A stretch of DNA of 64,000 nucleotides, taken from assembly GCF_902713615.1 (NCBI RefSeq), contig NC_052150.1, positions 90,589,206 to 90,653,205 on the forward strand. Reading direction: 5' to 3'. The notes below the pieces were generated by a model that did no database searches, had not been told where the DNA came from, and was given only the letters and a program-made list of their open reading frames with translations. The stretch comes from Scyliorhinus canicula (taxonomy: Eukaryota). The position numbers and the translations under genes are program-made. Below, in pieces: positions 24,019 to 35,454 of the stretch (within the stretch, counting starts at the first letter, position 1; each line of letters starts with the position of its first letter).

Positions 24019-26372
24019 ACAAACTAAACTTGACAGAAAAAGTTTGTGTTGTCCACCGAGTGCAAGTTAATTGAGGGCTAGCACTTAATTTTTCTAGGAA
24101 GCCTCACTGGAGTCTCATTCCTTCAAATTTTAGTTATTGGTGCATATTTAAAAAGGTGATAATGATTCTTTTTTTGTCTCCCTAGCTCTCTTTCTTTTTT
24201 AAAAAATATTTTTATTCTCCTTTTTCACATGTTCTCCAAAATTTGCACCCACCAACAATAAACATTAATCAGTAATGAATACAATGTCAATCCCCATATC
24301 AACAACAACAATCCCATCCTCCCACCAACCCCCAAACAACTGCCCGCATGTTAACATAAACAAATAACAAAAAGGAATCAGGAATCATCCATAGTCACCA
24401 TTAACAAATACAATCCCCCTCCCCCCCAGCCCTCCCAACCCCCTTCCCCCACTAATGTTCGATGTTATCCAATTCTTAAAGGTGCATAATGAATAATGCC
24501 CATGAATTGTAGAACTCCTCCATCCTTCCCCTCAGTTCAAACTGACCTTCTCAAGAGTCAAGAATTCCAACAGGTCCCCCGGCCACGCCAGGGCACAGGG
24601 TGGAGGGCTTGATCTCCATCCCAACAGGATCCGTCTTCGGGTGATCAACAAAGCGAAGACAACAACAACTGCCTCTGCACCCGTTTCCAACCCCGGCTGA
24701 TCCGACCCCGAATATAGCCTCCCGAAGGCCCAGGTCCAGTTTCACATGCACCACTTTAGAGATTACCCTAAAAATCTCCTTCCAGTAATCCTCCAGCTTT
24801 GGACAGGACAATAACATATGAACGTGATTCGCGGACCCCCCACCTACCGCAACATTCACACACATCTTCTACCTCTTCAAAGAGACGGCTCATTCTCGGC
24901 CTTGTGAGGTGTGCTCTATATACCACCTTCAGCTGTATCAGCCCCAACCTCGAGCATGACGTGGAGGCATTCACCGTCCGGAGCACTTCACACCAGAAAC
25001 CCTCCTCCATACCCTCTCCCAACTCTTCCGCCCACTTTGCTTTGATGCCTACCAGTGGTGCCTTCTCCTCTTCCAAAATAGTCCTGTAAATAGCCGACAC
25101 TACCCCCGTCTCCAGTCCCCCTGTCATTAGCACCTCCTCCAGCAATGTGGAGGCTGGCTCCGCCGGGAAGCTCTGTATCTCCTTCCTGGCAAAATCTCAA
25201 ACCTGCATGTATCGAAACATTTCCCTCTGCTTCAGCCCATACTTCTTCAATCCTGCAGACCAACCCCCAAGAAACAAATCTTTTAGTGTCTTAATCACTT
25301 TCTCCTCCCAATTCTGAATATTTCCGTCCCACTTCACTGGCTCAAATCTGTGGATCCCCCAAAACGCCATTTCCCTTGACCCTGACCCAACCCAAAGTGT
25401 TGGCGAAACTGCCTCCAAATTCTCAATGAAGCTATTAATACCGGACTCGCTGAATATTTTCCCGGGGCCATCAGGAGTGGCGCTGTTGCTAGTGCTTTCA
25501 AGCCCGACCCCCTACACAAACTATCCTCCATTCTGACCCACTGGGAATCAACCCATATGACCCAGCTCCATATCTTCTCTACGTTCGCCGCCAAGTAATA
25601 ATACATCAGGTTTGGAAGACACAAACCCCCTGCCTACCTTCCTCTCTGTAGCAACACCTTTTTAATTCTGGCCACCTTCCCTCCCCATATGAACAAAGTA
25701 ATCATTCCTTCAATCTCTTTAAAAAATGCCTTTGGCAGGAAAATCGGCAGGCATTTGTTATGGGACTAGGGTTTGGAGAACCCCAAAGTGTATCATGGAG
25801 TTCACCTGACCCACAACTTTTAATAGATTGTGGTATGGGGAACACATGGCCCACTCTACAGGTGTGGTACAGCAGAAATGGAAAAGTATTTTTTAAAGCA
25901 AAACAATGTTTATTCCATGAACTCAAGTTCACCTTTTAAAAACATATAGTGAATATATTCGCAACCATTAATTCAAATACAACCCACAAACAATACAACA
26001 CTAAGTAATCCTGAAGCTGTCCTTTTAACATCCATAAGACTTAAAAAATAAATTTTAACAGAAGCACATCAGGTTAAAGTCACTACTGAGAGCAGTTATT
26101 AGTTTTAAATTACCAAAGGATCATTTACAGCTTTTAGATTACAGAGAGACTAATACCCCTTCTGGCTGTGGCTGCAGCTATGCAGCTCTGAAAACGAAAC
26201 TTAAACACACCCTGCAGCAAACAGCCTAAAACAGTAAAAAGTTGTCAGACAGCCCAGCTCCACCCTGACTCTGACAAAAGCAAATTACTGCGGATGCTGG
26301 AATCTGAAACGAAAGGGAAAATGATGCTGGAAAATCTCAGCAAGTCTGGCAGCATCTGTAGGGAGAGAAAAG

Positions 26373-26410
26373 AGCTAACGTTTCGAGTCCGATGACTCTT
26401 TGTCAAAGCT
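26373..26410 (-). ncRNA. Minimal type I hammerhead ribozyme motif, U3-A8 core variant
   Basis: AGCU UUGACAA A GAGUC AUCG GACUC GAAACGU U AGCU: 4-bp stem I, 5-bp stem II, palindromic ACGU stem III, predicted GUU cleavage site. Confidence 0.75.
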
Positions 26411-27095
26411 AACAGACAGAGAAAGTGGGAAATATTTATACTGTGGAGTGAGAATGAAAGATGAGTCATAGCCACAGAAATCCAGGGTAACTGGGTGCTA
26501 ATGGCCACAGATACCATGGGGAAAGAGTATTAATGGCAGTCCCTGGAACATTGCAGCAGGCCAAGAACAGACATGTGGGCATGGGAGCAAGGTCTTTTTT
26601 TTAAATGGCAAGCAACAGGAAGGTCAGGGTCCTGAATGATCCAGTGAAGCGCAACGCAAACTGGAGGAACAACATCTCATCTTCCGGTTAGGCACGCTAC
26701 AGCCCTCCGGCCTGAACATCGAATTCAATAACTTCAGATAATCAGCCCCACCTCGACCCATTTGTTTTCATTTCATTTTAACTGTCTTTTACCATTTCTT
26801 TCTTTCTTAATATATATATAATTCCCCCCCCCCCCAATCTTATCCACCTTTCTTGCATCTTTCTCCTCTTTGCTTCCCCCTTCCCCTCCTCCCACACCTA
26901 CAGTTCATCCTCTGATGTTAGTTTCCCTGCTGTTTGACCTTTCACATCTTTTGTCCTCTCTGGGGAATGCCAGTAACACTCTTTCCCCTTGGTATCTGTG
27001 GCCATTAACACCCAGTTTCCCTGGGTTTCTGTGGCTATGACTCATCTTTCATTCTCACTCCACAGTATAAATATTTCCCACTTTCTCTGCCTGTT

Positions 27096-27133
27096 AGCTT
27101 TGACAAAGAGTCATTGGACTCAAAACGTTAGCT
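27096..27133 (+). ncRNA. Second hammerhead copy, G12 mutated to A (predicted inactive)
   Basis: AGCT TTGACAA A GAGTC ATTG GACTC AAAACGT T AGCT. Confidence 0.65.
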
Positions 27134-27399
27134 CTTTTCTCTCCCTGACTCTGACAACACTGATAAACACACATTTCTTAAAGGTACATTTCTTAAACAC
27201 CCATTTCTTAAAGGTACTCTCACACGGCACCTCCTACCAAGAAAAAAAAAATCATCAACTTCAAGATGGTTTCATTTTTCACCTTTTCACTATCCTTTAA
27301 GAAATGTACACAGTAAATATACTTATTTGTTTCAAAGAAACAACACATGCAAACAGGTATAATAATATAGTCCATTCTTTTTCGTTCTTCTTCCTCCAA

Positions 27400-29491
27400 C
27401 TGAAACTGATTCCGTTCATCACATTAGTGACAAAGCATCGGCTATCACGTTTTCTCGTCCTGCCACATGTACTATTTTTAAATGAAATGGCTGTCTCAAT
27501 AAATTCCAGCGGAACAGCCTTGCACTGTTATTCCGGAATCGCTCAAAACCGTCAACAGATTATGATCAGTATATATAATGGTGTCAGACAGATTGCTGGT
27601 CAGATAGATGTGAAAATGTTGCAAAGCAAGACTCAATGTCTCCTTCTCAATCATTGATACTTTTTCTGGTGAGCATTCAATTTCATTGAAAAATAACCAT
27701 TAGGCCGCTCTAGCCCTTCGTTGTCGTCTTGTAGAAGCACCGCACCTACACCCACATCACTCGCATCAACCGCCACTTTGAATGGTTTGGTACAATTTGG
27801 GATGGCTAACACAGGAGCAGTGGTTGACACAGCCTTCAGGCCGTCAAATGCCTGTTGACACTCTGCTGTCCACTGGAATTTGTTACGCTTTTTGACAAGT
27901 CTGTCAGTGGAGCGACCACACTGCTGAAATTCGGTACAAATTTCCACTCATACCAAAACATAGCATTATTTCCCGTCGTGTCGAGGGTATTGGAAACTCC
28001 CCAATAACTTTTCTTTTCACATCCCGTGGGACCATTCGACCCCGTCCTATTGTATGGCCAAGGAAAGTGACTTGGGCTTTTCCAAATTCACTTTTGGCTG
28101 GGTTTATCACCAAACCCACCTCCTGAAGTCGATCGAATAACTCCATCAGATGTTTTAAATGTTCTTTCCATGTTTGGCTGAAAATTACCGGATCACCGAT
28201 GTATACCGCACAATTGGGTAATCCAGAAATGACTTTGGGTGGGATTCTCTGACCTCCGGGGGGTTGGAGAATCGCCCGGGGCCGGCGTCAATCCTGCCCC
28301 TGCCGTGCCCGAATTCTCCATCCCCCGAGATTCGGCGGAGGTGGGAATCGCGCCGGTCTACGGGCCCCCCGCGCCGGTCGGCGGCCCCACCGTGGCGATT
28401 CTGCAGCCCGCGATGGGCCGAAGTTCCGCCGCTGACAGCCTCTCCCACCGGTGGGAATCAAAACACCTGCCTGACCGATGGGATTGGCGGCGCGGGTGGG
28501 CTCCGGGTCCTGGGGGGGGCATGGGGCGATCTGACCCTGGCGGGGTGTCCCCACGGTGGCCTGGCCCGCGATCGGGGCCCACCGATCGGCGGGCGGTCCT
28601 GTGCCGTGGGGCCACTCTTTTTCTTCCGCTCCGCCATGACCCCCTCCCCTGCACATGCGCCGGTATGACATCAGCAGCTGCTGACGCTCCGGTGCATGCG
28701 CGGACTTACGCCGGCCGGCAAAGTCCTTTCGGCCCCGGCTGGCTTCGCGCCAAAAGCCGTTCACGCCAGCCGGCAGAGTGGGAACCACTCCGGCGAGGGC
28801 CTAGGCCCTCAATGTGGGGGCTTGGCCCCTAATGGCGTGGAGAATTCCGCACCTTTGGGGCAGCCCGACGCCGGAGTGGTTCACGCCACTCCGGCACGCC
28901 AGGACCCCCCACCCCACCGGGTAGGGGAGAATCCCGGCCTTTGTTAGTTAACCGTTGAAATGCAGCTGTGGCGTTTTTCATGGCAAATGGCATAACTTTA
29001 AATTGGTATATTCCACCTTGAGTCATAAAAGCTGAAATCTCCTTTGTCCTTTCAGATAAAGGTACCTGCCAGTAACCTTTAAGTAAATCCAGTTTGGAAA
29101 TAAAAGCTGATTGTCCCACTTTTTCAATGCAATCCTCCAAATGTGGGATAGGATAAGAGTCCGTTCTTGCAACTGCATTAATCTTTCTATAGTCCACACA
29201 CAACTGTTGGGTACCATCTGGTTTAGGTACCATCACTATGGGTGAGCTCCACTGGCTGCAACCCACTTCAATTATGCTATTTTTAAGCATACTCTCAATC
29301 TCTTTGTTAACCTGTGCCAATTTTAAAAGGTTAAGTCTATATGGATGTTGTTTGATTGGAACAGCATTTCCCACATCTACATCATGTATAGCCATTTTAG
29401 TATTTCCCAATTTATCTCTACAAACTTGCCTACATGATATCAATAACTCTTTCAGGTCAGTTTGTTTTTCTTCTGGAAGGTGACCCAACAA
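27400..29491 (-). pseudogene. Gmr1-type RT and RNase H, split by a MITE
   Basis: WSSPIVMVPKPDG..CVDYRKIN, LDLLKGYWQ, MPFAMKNA; VTFLGH; AVDASDVGVGAVLLQ. Confidence 0.9.
28237..28939. mobile_element. Harbinger-type MITE in the Gypsy RT
   Basis: TIR GGGTGGGATTCTC / GAGAATCCCGGCC; TSD TTT; removal restores the RT frame RLTNKVIS. Confidence 0.92.
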
Positions 29492-29497
29492 TTTATC

Positions 29498-30690
29498 TCA
29501 CTTTTTAAGAACATCCTCATTTTCCAATTTAATTTGAGATATGTCAAATTCACAGTCATCTGGATTTGCTTTGACACATTGGGTTAGAATCATTAAAACC
29601 TTATTTTTCTCTCCTTCCCTTTCAAAGTACCCTTTAAGCATATTCACATGACACACTTGGTGAGCCTTCCTTCTATCTGGTGTTTTTACCACATAATTCA
29701 CCTCACTTAATTTCCTTTCAATCTGATAAGGTCCACAAAACCTTGCTTTTAAAGGTTCACCTACCACTGCTAACAACATTAAAACGTTATCTCCACTGGC
29801 AAACTCGGAACTTTGGATGTCTTGTCTGCTACCCGTTTCATCACATTTTGTGAAACTTTTAAATGTTGTCTCGCCAATTTACCTGCTCTATTTAATCGTT
29901 CCCTAAAATTTGACACGTAATCCAATAATGTAATTTGTGATTCCTCACTCACCAATTTTTCCTTAATCAATTTAAGTGGTCCTCTTACCTCATGACCAAA
30001 AATGAGTTCAAAAGGACTGAATTTGGTTGACTCATTAGGTGCAAACCCTAATTGCAAACAGGACAAATGGAATTCCTTTATCCCAATCCTCTGGATAATC
30101 TTGACAATAAGCCCTCAACATTGTCTTTAATGTCTGATGCCACCTTTCTAACGCTCCCTGCAATTCTGGATGGTAAGAAGTTGATTTAAATTGTTTTATT
30201 CCTAAGCTATCCATAACTTCTTTGATTAACCTCGAGGTAAAATTTGATCCTTGATCCGATTGTATTTCTGTGGGTAGGCCATATCTAGTAAAGAATTTAA
30301 GTAATTCCTCCACCATCTTTTTAGCTGTAATATTACGTACTGTGATTGCCTCTGAAAACCTAGTAGACACATCAATTACAGTCAAAAAATATTGATTCCC
30401 ACTTTTCGTTTTAGGAAGCGGTCCTACGCAATCAATTTGGACCCTTGTAAAAGGTTCCTCAAATGCTGGAATGGGTATTAAGGGTGCTGGTTTTATCACT
30501 GCTTGATGTTTCCCTCTCACTTGACATGTGTGACATGATTGACAAAATTTAACTACATCTTTATGTAGTCCAGGCCAATAAAAATGTTTCAGGATTTTAG
30601 CTTGAGTTTTCCTTATTCCCAAATGACCTCCCACTGGTACCTCATGTGCAACTCGCAACACCTCCTTTCTATACCGTCTCGGCAATACTA
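29498..30690 (-). pseudogene. Gmr1-type integrase, upstream of RT
   Basis: HEVPVGGH..CHTC zinc finger, IDCVGPLP, IQSDQGSNF, HPELQGALER, ARFCGPY. Confidence 0.9.
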
Positions 30691-31352
30691 CTTAATGAAC
30701 TTCTGCCCACTTTTTATCCGCATATGTGAAGGTCTCCATTTTCTCATCAAGACACCATTTTAATGGTAATAACACTCTGGTTTACACTCAGATTCCTCTT
30801 CGTGTATGTTTTCTGATACATCTGTTTTATTTCTACATCTTTCTGTTGTAACTCCGCCAATTTTCCTGAACTAAAAATATCCGCCTCAAACTCTCATTAA
30901 GACATCTCTTTTACATAACACTCTGGTATACACGCAGATTCCCCTTCCGTGTATGCTTTCTGATATATCCGTTTTATTTCTATATCTTTCTGTTGTAACT
31001 CAGCCAATTTTCCTGAACTAAAAATATTCGCCTCATCCGCCACCTTTTCTTCTTCTTTTTCAACCATCTGATCAAAAATCTTTTCTGATAATTACACTTC
31101 CACTTCATCTTCACTCTTTGATTTCTCCTCTTGTCTTAACCTGTGACTCTGCGACCTTGTTACTACAGAATCCGGAAAAATCCTAGGATATTCGTCCTTC
31201 AACACTTCAGTTGTCTGATTTTCCGCTGACTTATCAACCACAGTAGGCATCACCCACACCTGCTATCCAGCTATATCATTACCCAAGATGAACTGTATTC
31301 CTGGACAAGATAGGTTCCCTATTACTCTTACTACAACTTCACCACTCTTCAC

Positions 31353-33506
31353 AGTGACCACAATTCGGTGACCTTTACGTTAGTGATGGAAAGGGATAAG
31401 TGTACCCCGCAGGGCAAGAGTTATAGCTGGGGGAAGGGCAATTATGATGCCATTAGACATGACTTAGGATGTGTTGGTTGGAGAAGTAGGCTGCAAGGAT
31501 TGGGCACACTGGATATGTGGAGCTTGTTCAAGGAACAGCTATTGCATGTTCTTGATAAGTACGTACCAGTCAGGCAGGGAGGAAGGGGTCGAGCGAGGGA
31601 ACCGTGGTTTACCAAAGAAGTGGAATCTCTTGTTAAGAGGAAGAAGGAGGCCTATGTGAAGATGAGGCGTGAAGTTTCAGTTGGGGCGTTTGATAGTTAC
31701 AAGGAAGCGGGGAAGGATCTAAAGAGAGAGCTGAGACGAGCAAGGAGGGGACATGAGAAGTCTTTGGCAGGTAGGATCAAGGAAAACCCAAAAGCTTTCT
31801 ATAGGTATGTCAGGAATAAAAGAATGACTAGGGTAAGAGTAGGGCCAGTCAAGGACAGTGGTGGGAAGTTGTGTGTGGAGGCTGAGGAGATAAGCGAGAT
31901 ACTAAATGAATACTTTTCGTCAGTATTCACTCAAGAAAAAGATAATATTGTGGAGGAGAATGCTGAGACCCAGGCTATTAGAATAGATGGCATTGAGGTG
32001 CGTAGGGAAGAAGTGTTGGCAATTCTGGACAAGGTGAAAATAGATAAGTCCCCGGGGCCGGATGGGATTTATCCTAGGATTCTCTGGGAAGCCAGGGAAG
32101 AGATTGCTGAGCCTTTGGCTTTGATTTTAAGGTCATCATTGGCTACAGGAATAGTGCCAGAGGACTGGAGGATAGCAAATGTGGTCCCTTTGTTCAAGAA
32201 GGGGAGTAGAGATAACCCCGGTAACTAGAGGCCGGTGAGCCTGACGTCTGTGGTGGGTAAAGTCTTGGAGAGGATTATAAAAGATATGATTTATAATCAT
32301 CTAGATAGGAATAATATGATTAGGGACAGTCAGCATGGTTTTGTGAAGGGTAGGTCATGCCTCACAAACCTTATCGAGTTCTTTGAGAAGGTGACTGAAC
32401 AGGTAGACGAGGGTAGAGCAGTTGATGTGGTGTATATGGATTTCAGTAAAGCGTTTGATAAGGTTCCCCACGGTCGGCTATTGCAGAAAATACGGAGGCT
32501 GGGGATTGAGGGTGATTTAGAGATATGGATCAGAAATTGGCTAGTTGAAAGAAGACAGAGAGTGGTAGTTGATGGGAAATGTTCAGAATGGAGTTCAGTT
32601 ACGAGTGGCGTACCACAAGGATCTGTTCTGGGGCCGTTGCTGTTTGTCATTTTTATAAATGACCCAGAGGAGGGCGCAGAAGGATGGGTGAGTAAATTTG
32701 CAGACAACACTAAAGTCGGTGGAGTTGTAGACAGTGCGGAAGGATGTTGCAGGTTACAGAGGGACATAGATAAGCTGCAGAGCTGGGCTGAGAGGTGGCA
32801 AATGGAGTTTAATGTGGAGAAGTGTGAGGTGATTCACTTTGGAAAGAATAACAGAAATGCGGAATATTTGGCTAATGGTAAAATTCTTGGTAGTGTGGAT
32901 GAGCAGAGGGATCTCGGTGTCCATGTACATAGATCCCTGAAAGTTGCCACCCAGGTTGATAGGGTTGTGAAGAAGGCCTATGGTGTGTTGGCCTTTATTG
33001 GTAGAGGGATTGAGTTCCGGAGCCATGAGGTCATGTTGCAGTTGTACAAAACTCTAGTACGGCCGCATTTGGAGTATTGCGCACAGTTCTGGTCGCCTCA
33101 TTATAGGAAGGACGTGGAAGCTTTGGAACGGGGGCAGAGGAGATTTACCAGGATGTTGCCTGGTATGGAGGGAAAATCTTATGAGGAAAGGCTGATGGAC
33201 TTGAGGTTGTTTTCGTTAGAGAGAAGAAGGTTAAGAGGTGACTTAATAGAGGCGTACAAAATGATTAGAGGGTTAGATAGGGTGGATAGCGAGAGCCTTC
33301 TCTCGCGGATGGAGGTGGCTAGCACGAGGGGACATAGCCTTAAATTGAGGGGTAATAGATATAGGACAGAGGTCAGAGGTGGGTTTTTTACGCAAAGAGT
33401 GGTGAGGCCGTGGAATGCCCTACCTGCAACAGTAGTGAACACGCCAACATTGAGGGCATTTAAAAATTTATTGGATAAGCATATGGATGATAAGGGCATA
33501 GTGTAG
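31353..33506 (+). pseudogene. CR1 ORF2 reverse transcriptase
   Basis: KSPGPDG, N*RPVSLTS, MDFSKAFDKV, SGVPQGSVLGP, FADNTK (catalytic DD changed to DN). Confidence 0.93.
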
Positions 33507-33600
33507 GTTAGATGGCCTTTAGATTTTTTCCATGTCGGTGCAACATCGAGGGCCGAAGGGCCTGTACTGCGCTGTATCGTTCTATGTTCTATGTTCTATG
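31353..33600 (+). mobile_element. Young 5'-truncated CR1 (HER1-like) LINE inside Gypsy pol
   Basis: Starts at the APE SDHN motif; continuous ORF2 frame to 33506 with one stop (32226-28); (TTCTATG)n tail; TSD TTCAC. Confidence 0.95.
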
Positions 33601-33911
33601 TTCACTGGGCTTTCCAAATTTACCTTATATAATGGAACACTACTCCTCTTACCCTGAATTCCACATATTATCTCCTTTTCTGGCAATATTCTCCAAAACT
33701 ACATAACTCCTCATCTCTTACCATTAAAGATCGACTAGCTCCTGCATCTCTTAAAATTGTGACTTCTTTACCTGATCCTCCTGATACACATGAGTAAACT
33801 TTACTCACACAAGTAAATTCTTTAAACAGATTTGGCACTTTCTTATCAATCACCTCTTGATCTTGCTGTATAATCTTTTGCACCTCCTTCGCTTCATTTG
33901 GGCTTTCCTTT

Positions 33912-34139
33912 TTTTTTCTTTGTTTTTAAAAAATAAATTTAGAGTGCCCGATTTATTTTTTCCAATTAAGGGGCAATTTAGCGTGGCCAATCTACCTAGC
34001 CTGCACATCTTTGGGTTGTGGGGCCGAAAAGAATGTGCAAACTCCACATGGACAGTGACTCAGAGCTGGGATCAAACCTAGGACCTCGCCACCATGAGGC
34101 AACAGGGCTAACCCACTGCATCACCATGCTGCCCAACAC
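33912..34139 (-). mobile_element. Short A-tailed HE1-related SINE in Gypsy gag/pro
   Basis: 14-bp TSD TTGGGCTTTCCTTT. Confidence 0.85.
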
Positions 34140-34199
34140 TTGGGCTTTCCTTTACCACTTTAACAAACCCCACTGTCTTATCCTGTTTTACCATATGAG

Positions 34200-35454
34200 C
34201 CTTCCCAGTGCTTTTCTTCAACCACCAACACTGTGACTTTACATTGCCTAGTTTATTACAGTGAAAACATTTGAAATTTTTCATTTCTTTTCCACCCTCC
34301 TGGGTTTCTTTTTCAGCCTGAGGTACACTCTCCTTTTTATCTCGCATCAGATCACGTTTCCCTGTACCACTTGAGTATATCTGATGTCCCCAGTTTCTAT
34401 TCCTCACAGGCTGAAACTGATGTCGGAAACCAAGCTTTGATTAATGAACTAATTCATAATCATCGGCCATTTCTGCTGCTAATCTCGCAGTTTTAACCCT
34501 CTGCTCTTCCACATGAGTTCTCACTACATCAGGAATTCAACTTTTAAACTCCTCCAAAAGTATAATTTCTCTGAGAGCTTCATACGTTTGGTCTATTTTC
34601 AAAGCTCTTGTCCACCTATCAAAATTACTCTGTTTGAGCCTTTCAAACTCCATGTAAGTTTGACCAAATTCTTTACTGAACTTTCTAAACCTTTGTCTGT
34701 TGGCTTCAGGCGCTAGTCCATATGCACCCAAGATGGATTTTTTCACCTCCTCATATGTCCCAGATACCTCCTCCGGTAGTGATGCAAACACTTCACGAGC
34801 TCTACCTGCCAGCTTTGTTTGAATCAGTAATACCCACAAGTCCTGTGGTCATTTCATTTGTTTAGCTACCTTCTCAAATGAAATGAAAAAGGTTTCTACC
34901 TCCTTCTCGTCAAACCTTGGCAATGCTTGGACATATTTAAATAGATCCCCACCAAGTCTTCAACCATGACGCTCTTTCTCACTATCCTCATCACTATCAT
35001 CCAACTATACGTTTCCCTTCACGTCTGCCAATTTTAACTGACTGTCATGTTTCATGGCCATTTTCTGAAGTTCAATCTCCCTCTCTTTATCTAGTTCCCT
35101 GATCTGTATCTCCCTTTCTCTTTCTTTTTGTTCTGCTAGGGCTATTCTTTCTTTTCTCCTTTCTTCTCTCTCCTTTTCTTTTTCTTCTCTCTTTCTTTCG
35201 TATTCAACCTGCTTTAATTCTTTCTCATGTTCCATATGTTAATTTGTAACTGGATTTTTGCCATTTCCAATTAATCAAACTGCATGTCAGGCAACTATAA
35301 ATGCAATAATTACCTCATCTTTTCGCATTTTGTCAGGTAATGTTAACTGCAATGTTTTTGCCAAATCTGACAGTCTGCTTTTAGTCTCTGTCCGTAAGGT
35401 ACTGCGTGTGACCGTCTCCACCCCCAAAAACATCAGAGCCTCTGAAAGAGCCAT
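34200..35454 (-). pseudogene. Gmr1-type gag: coiled coil, SCAN-like capsid domain, CCHC knuckle
   Basis: WVLLIQTKLAGRAREVF..AYGLAPEANRQRFR..LREIILLEEFK; CFHCNKLGNVKSQC. Confidence 0.85.

Larger units (their letters stand above)
26278..27142 (+). mobile_element. Penelope-like element insertion (inverted pLTR, GIY-YIG 3' end, pLTR) within the Gypsy LTR
   Basis: EAQRKLEEQHLIFRLGTLQPSGLNIEFNNFR* at 26646-26741; inverted repeats ~26360-26541 and ~26965-27145; direct repeat CCCTGACTCTGACAA at 26263 and 27143. Confidence 0.9.

Noticed and set aside
32235-33506. Functional 423-aa reverse transcriptase gene
   Set aside because: 5'-truncated LINE copy with an upstream in-frame stop, no promoter and a mutated catalytic motif.
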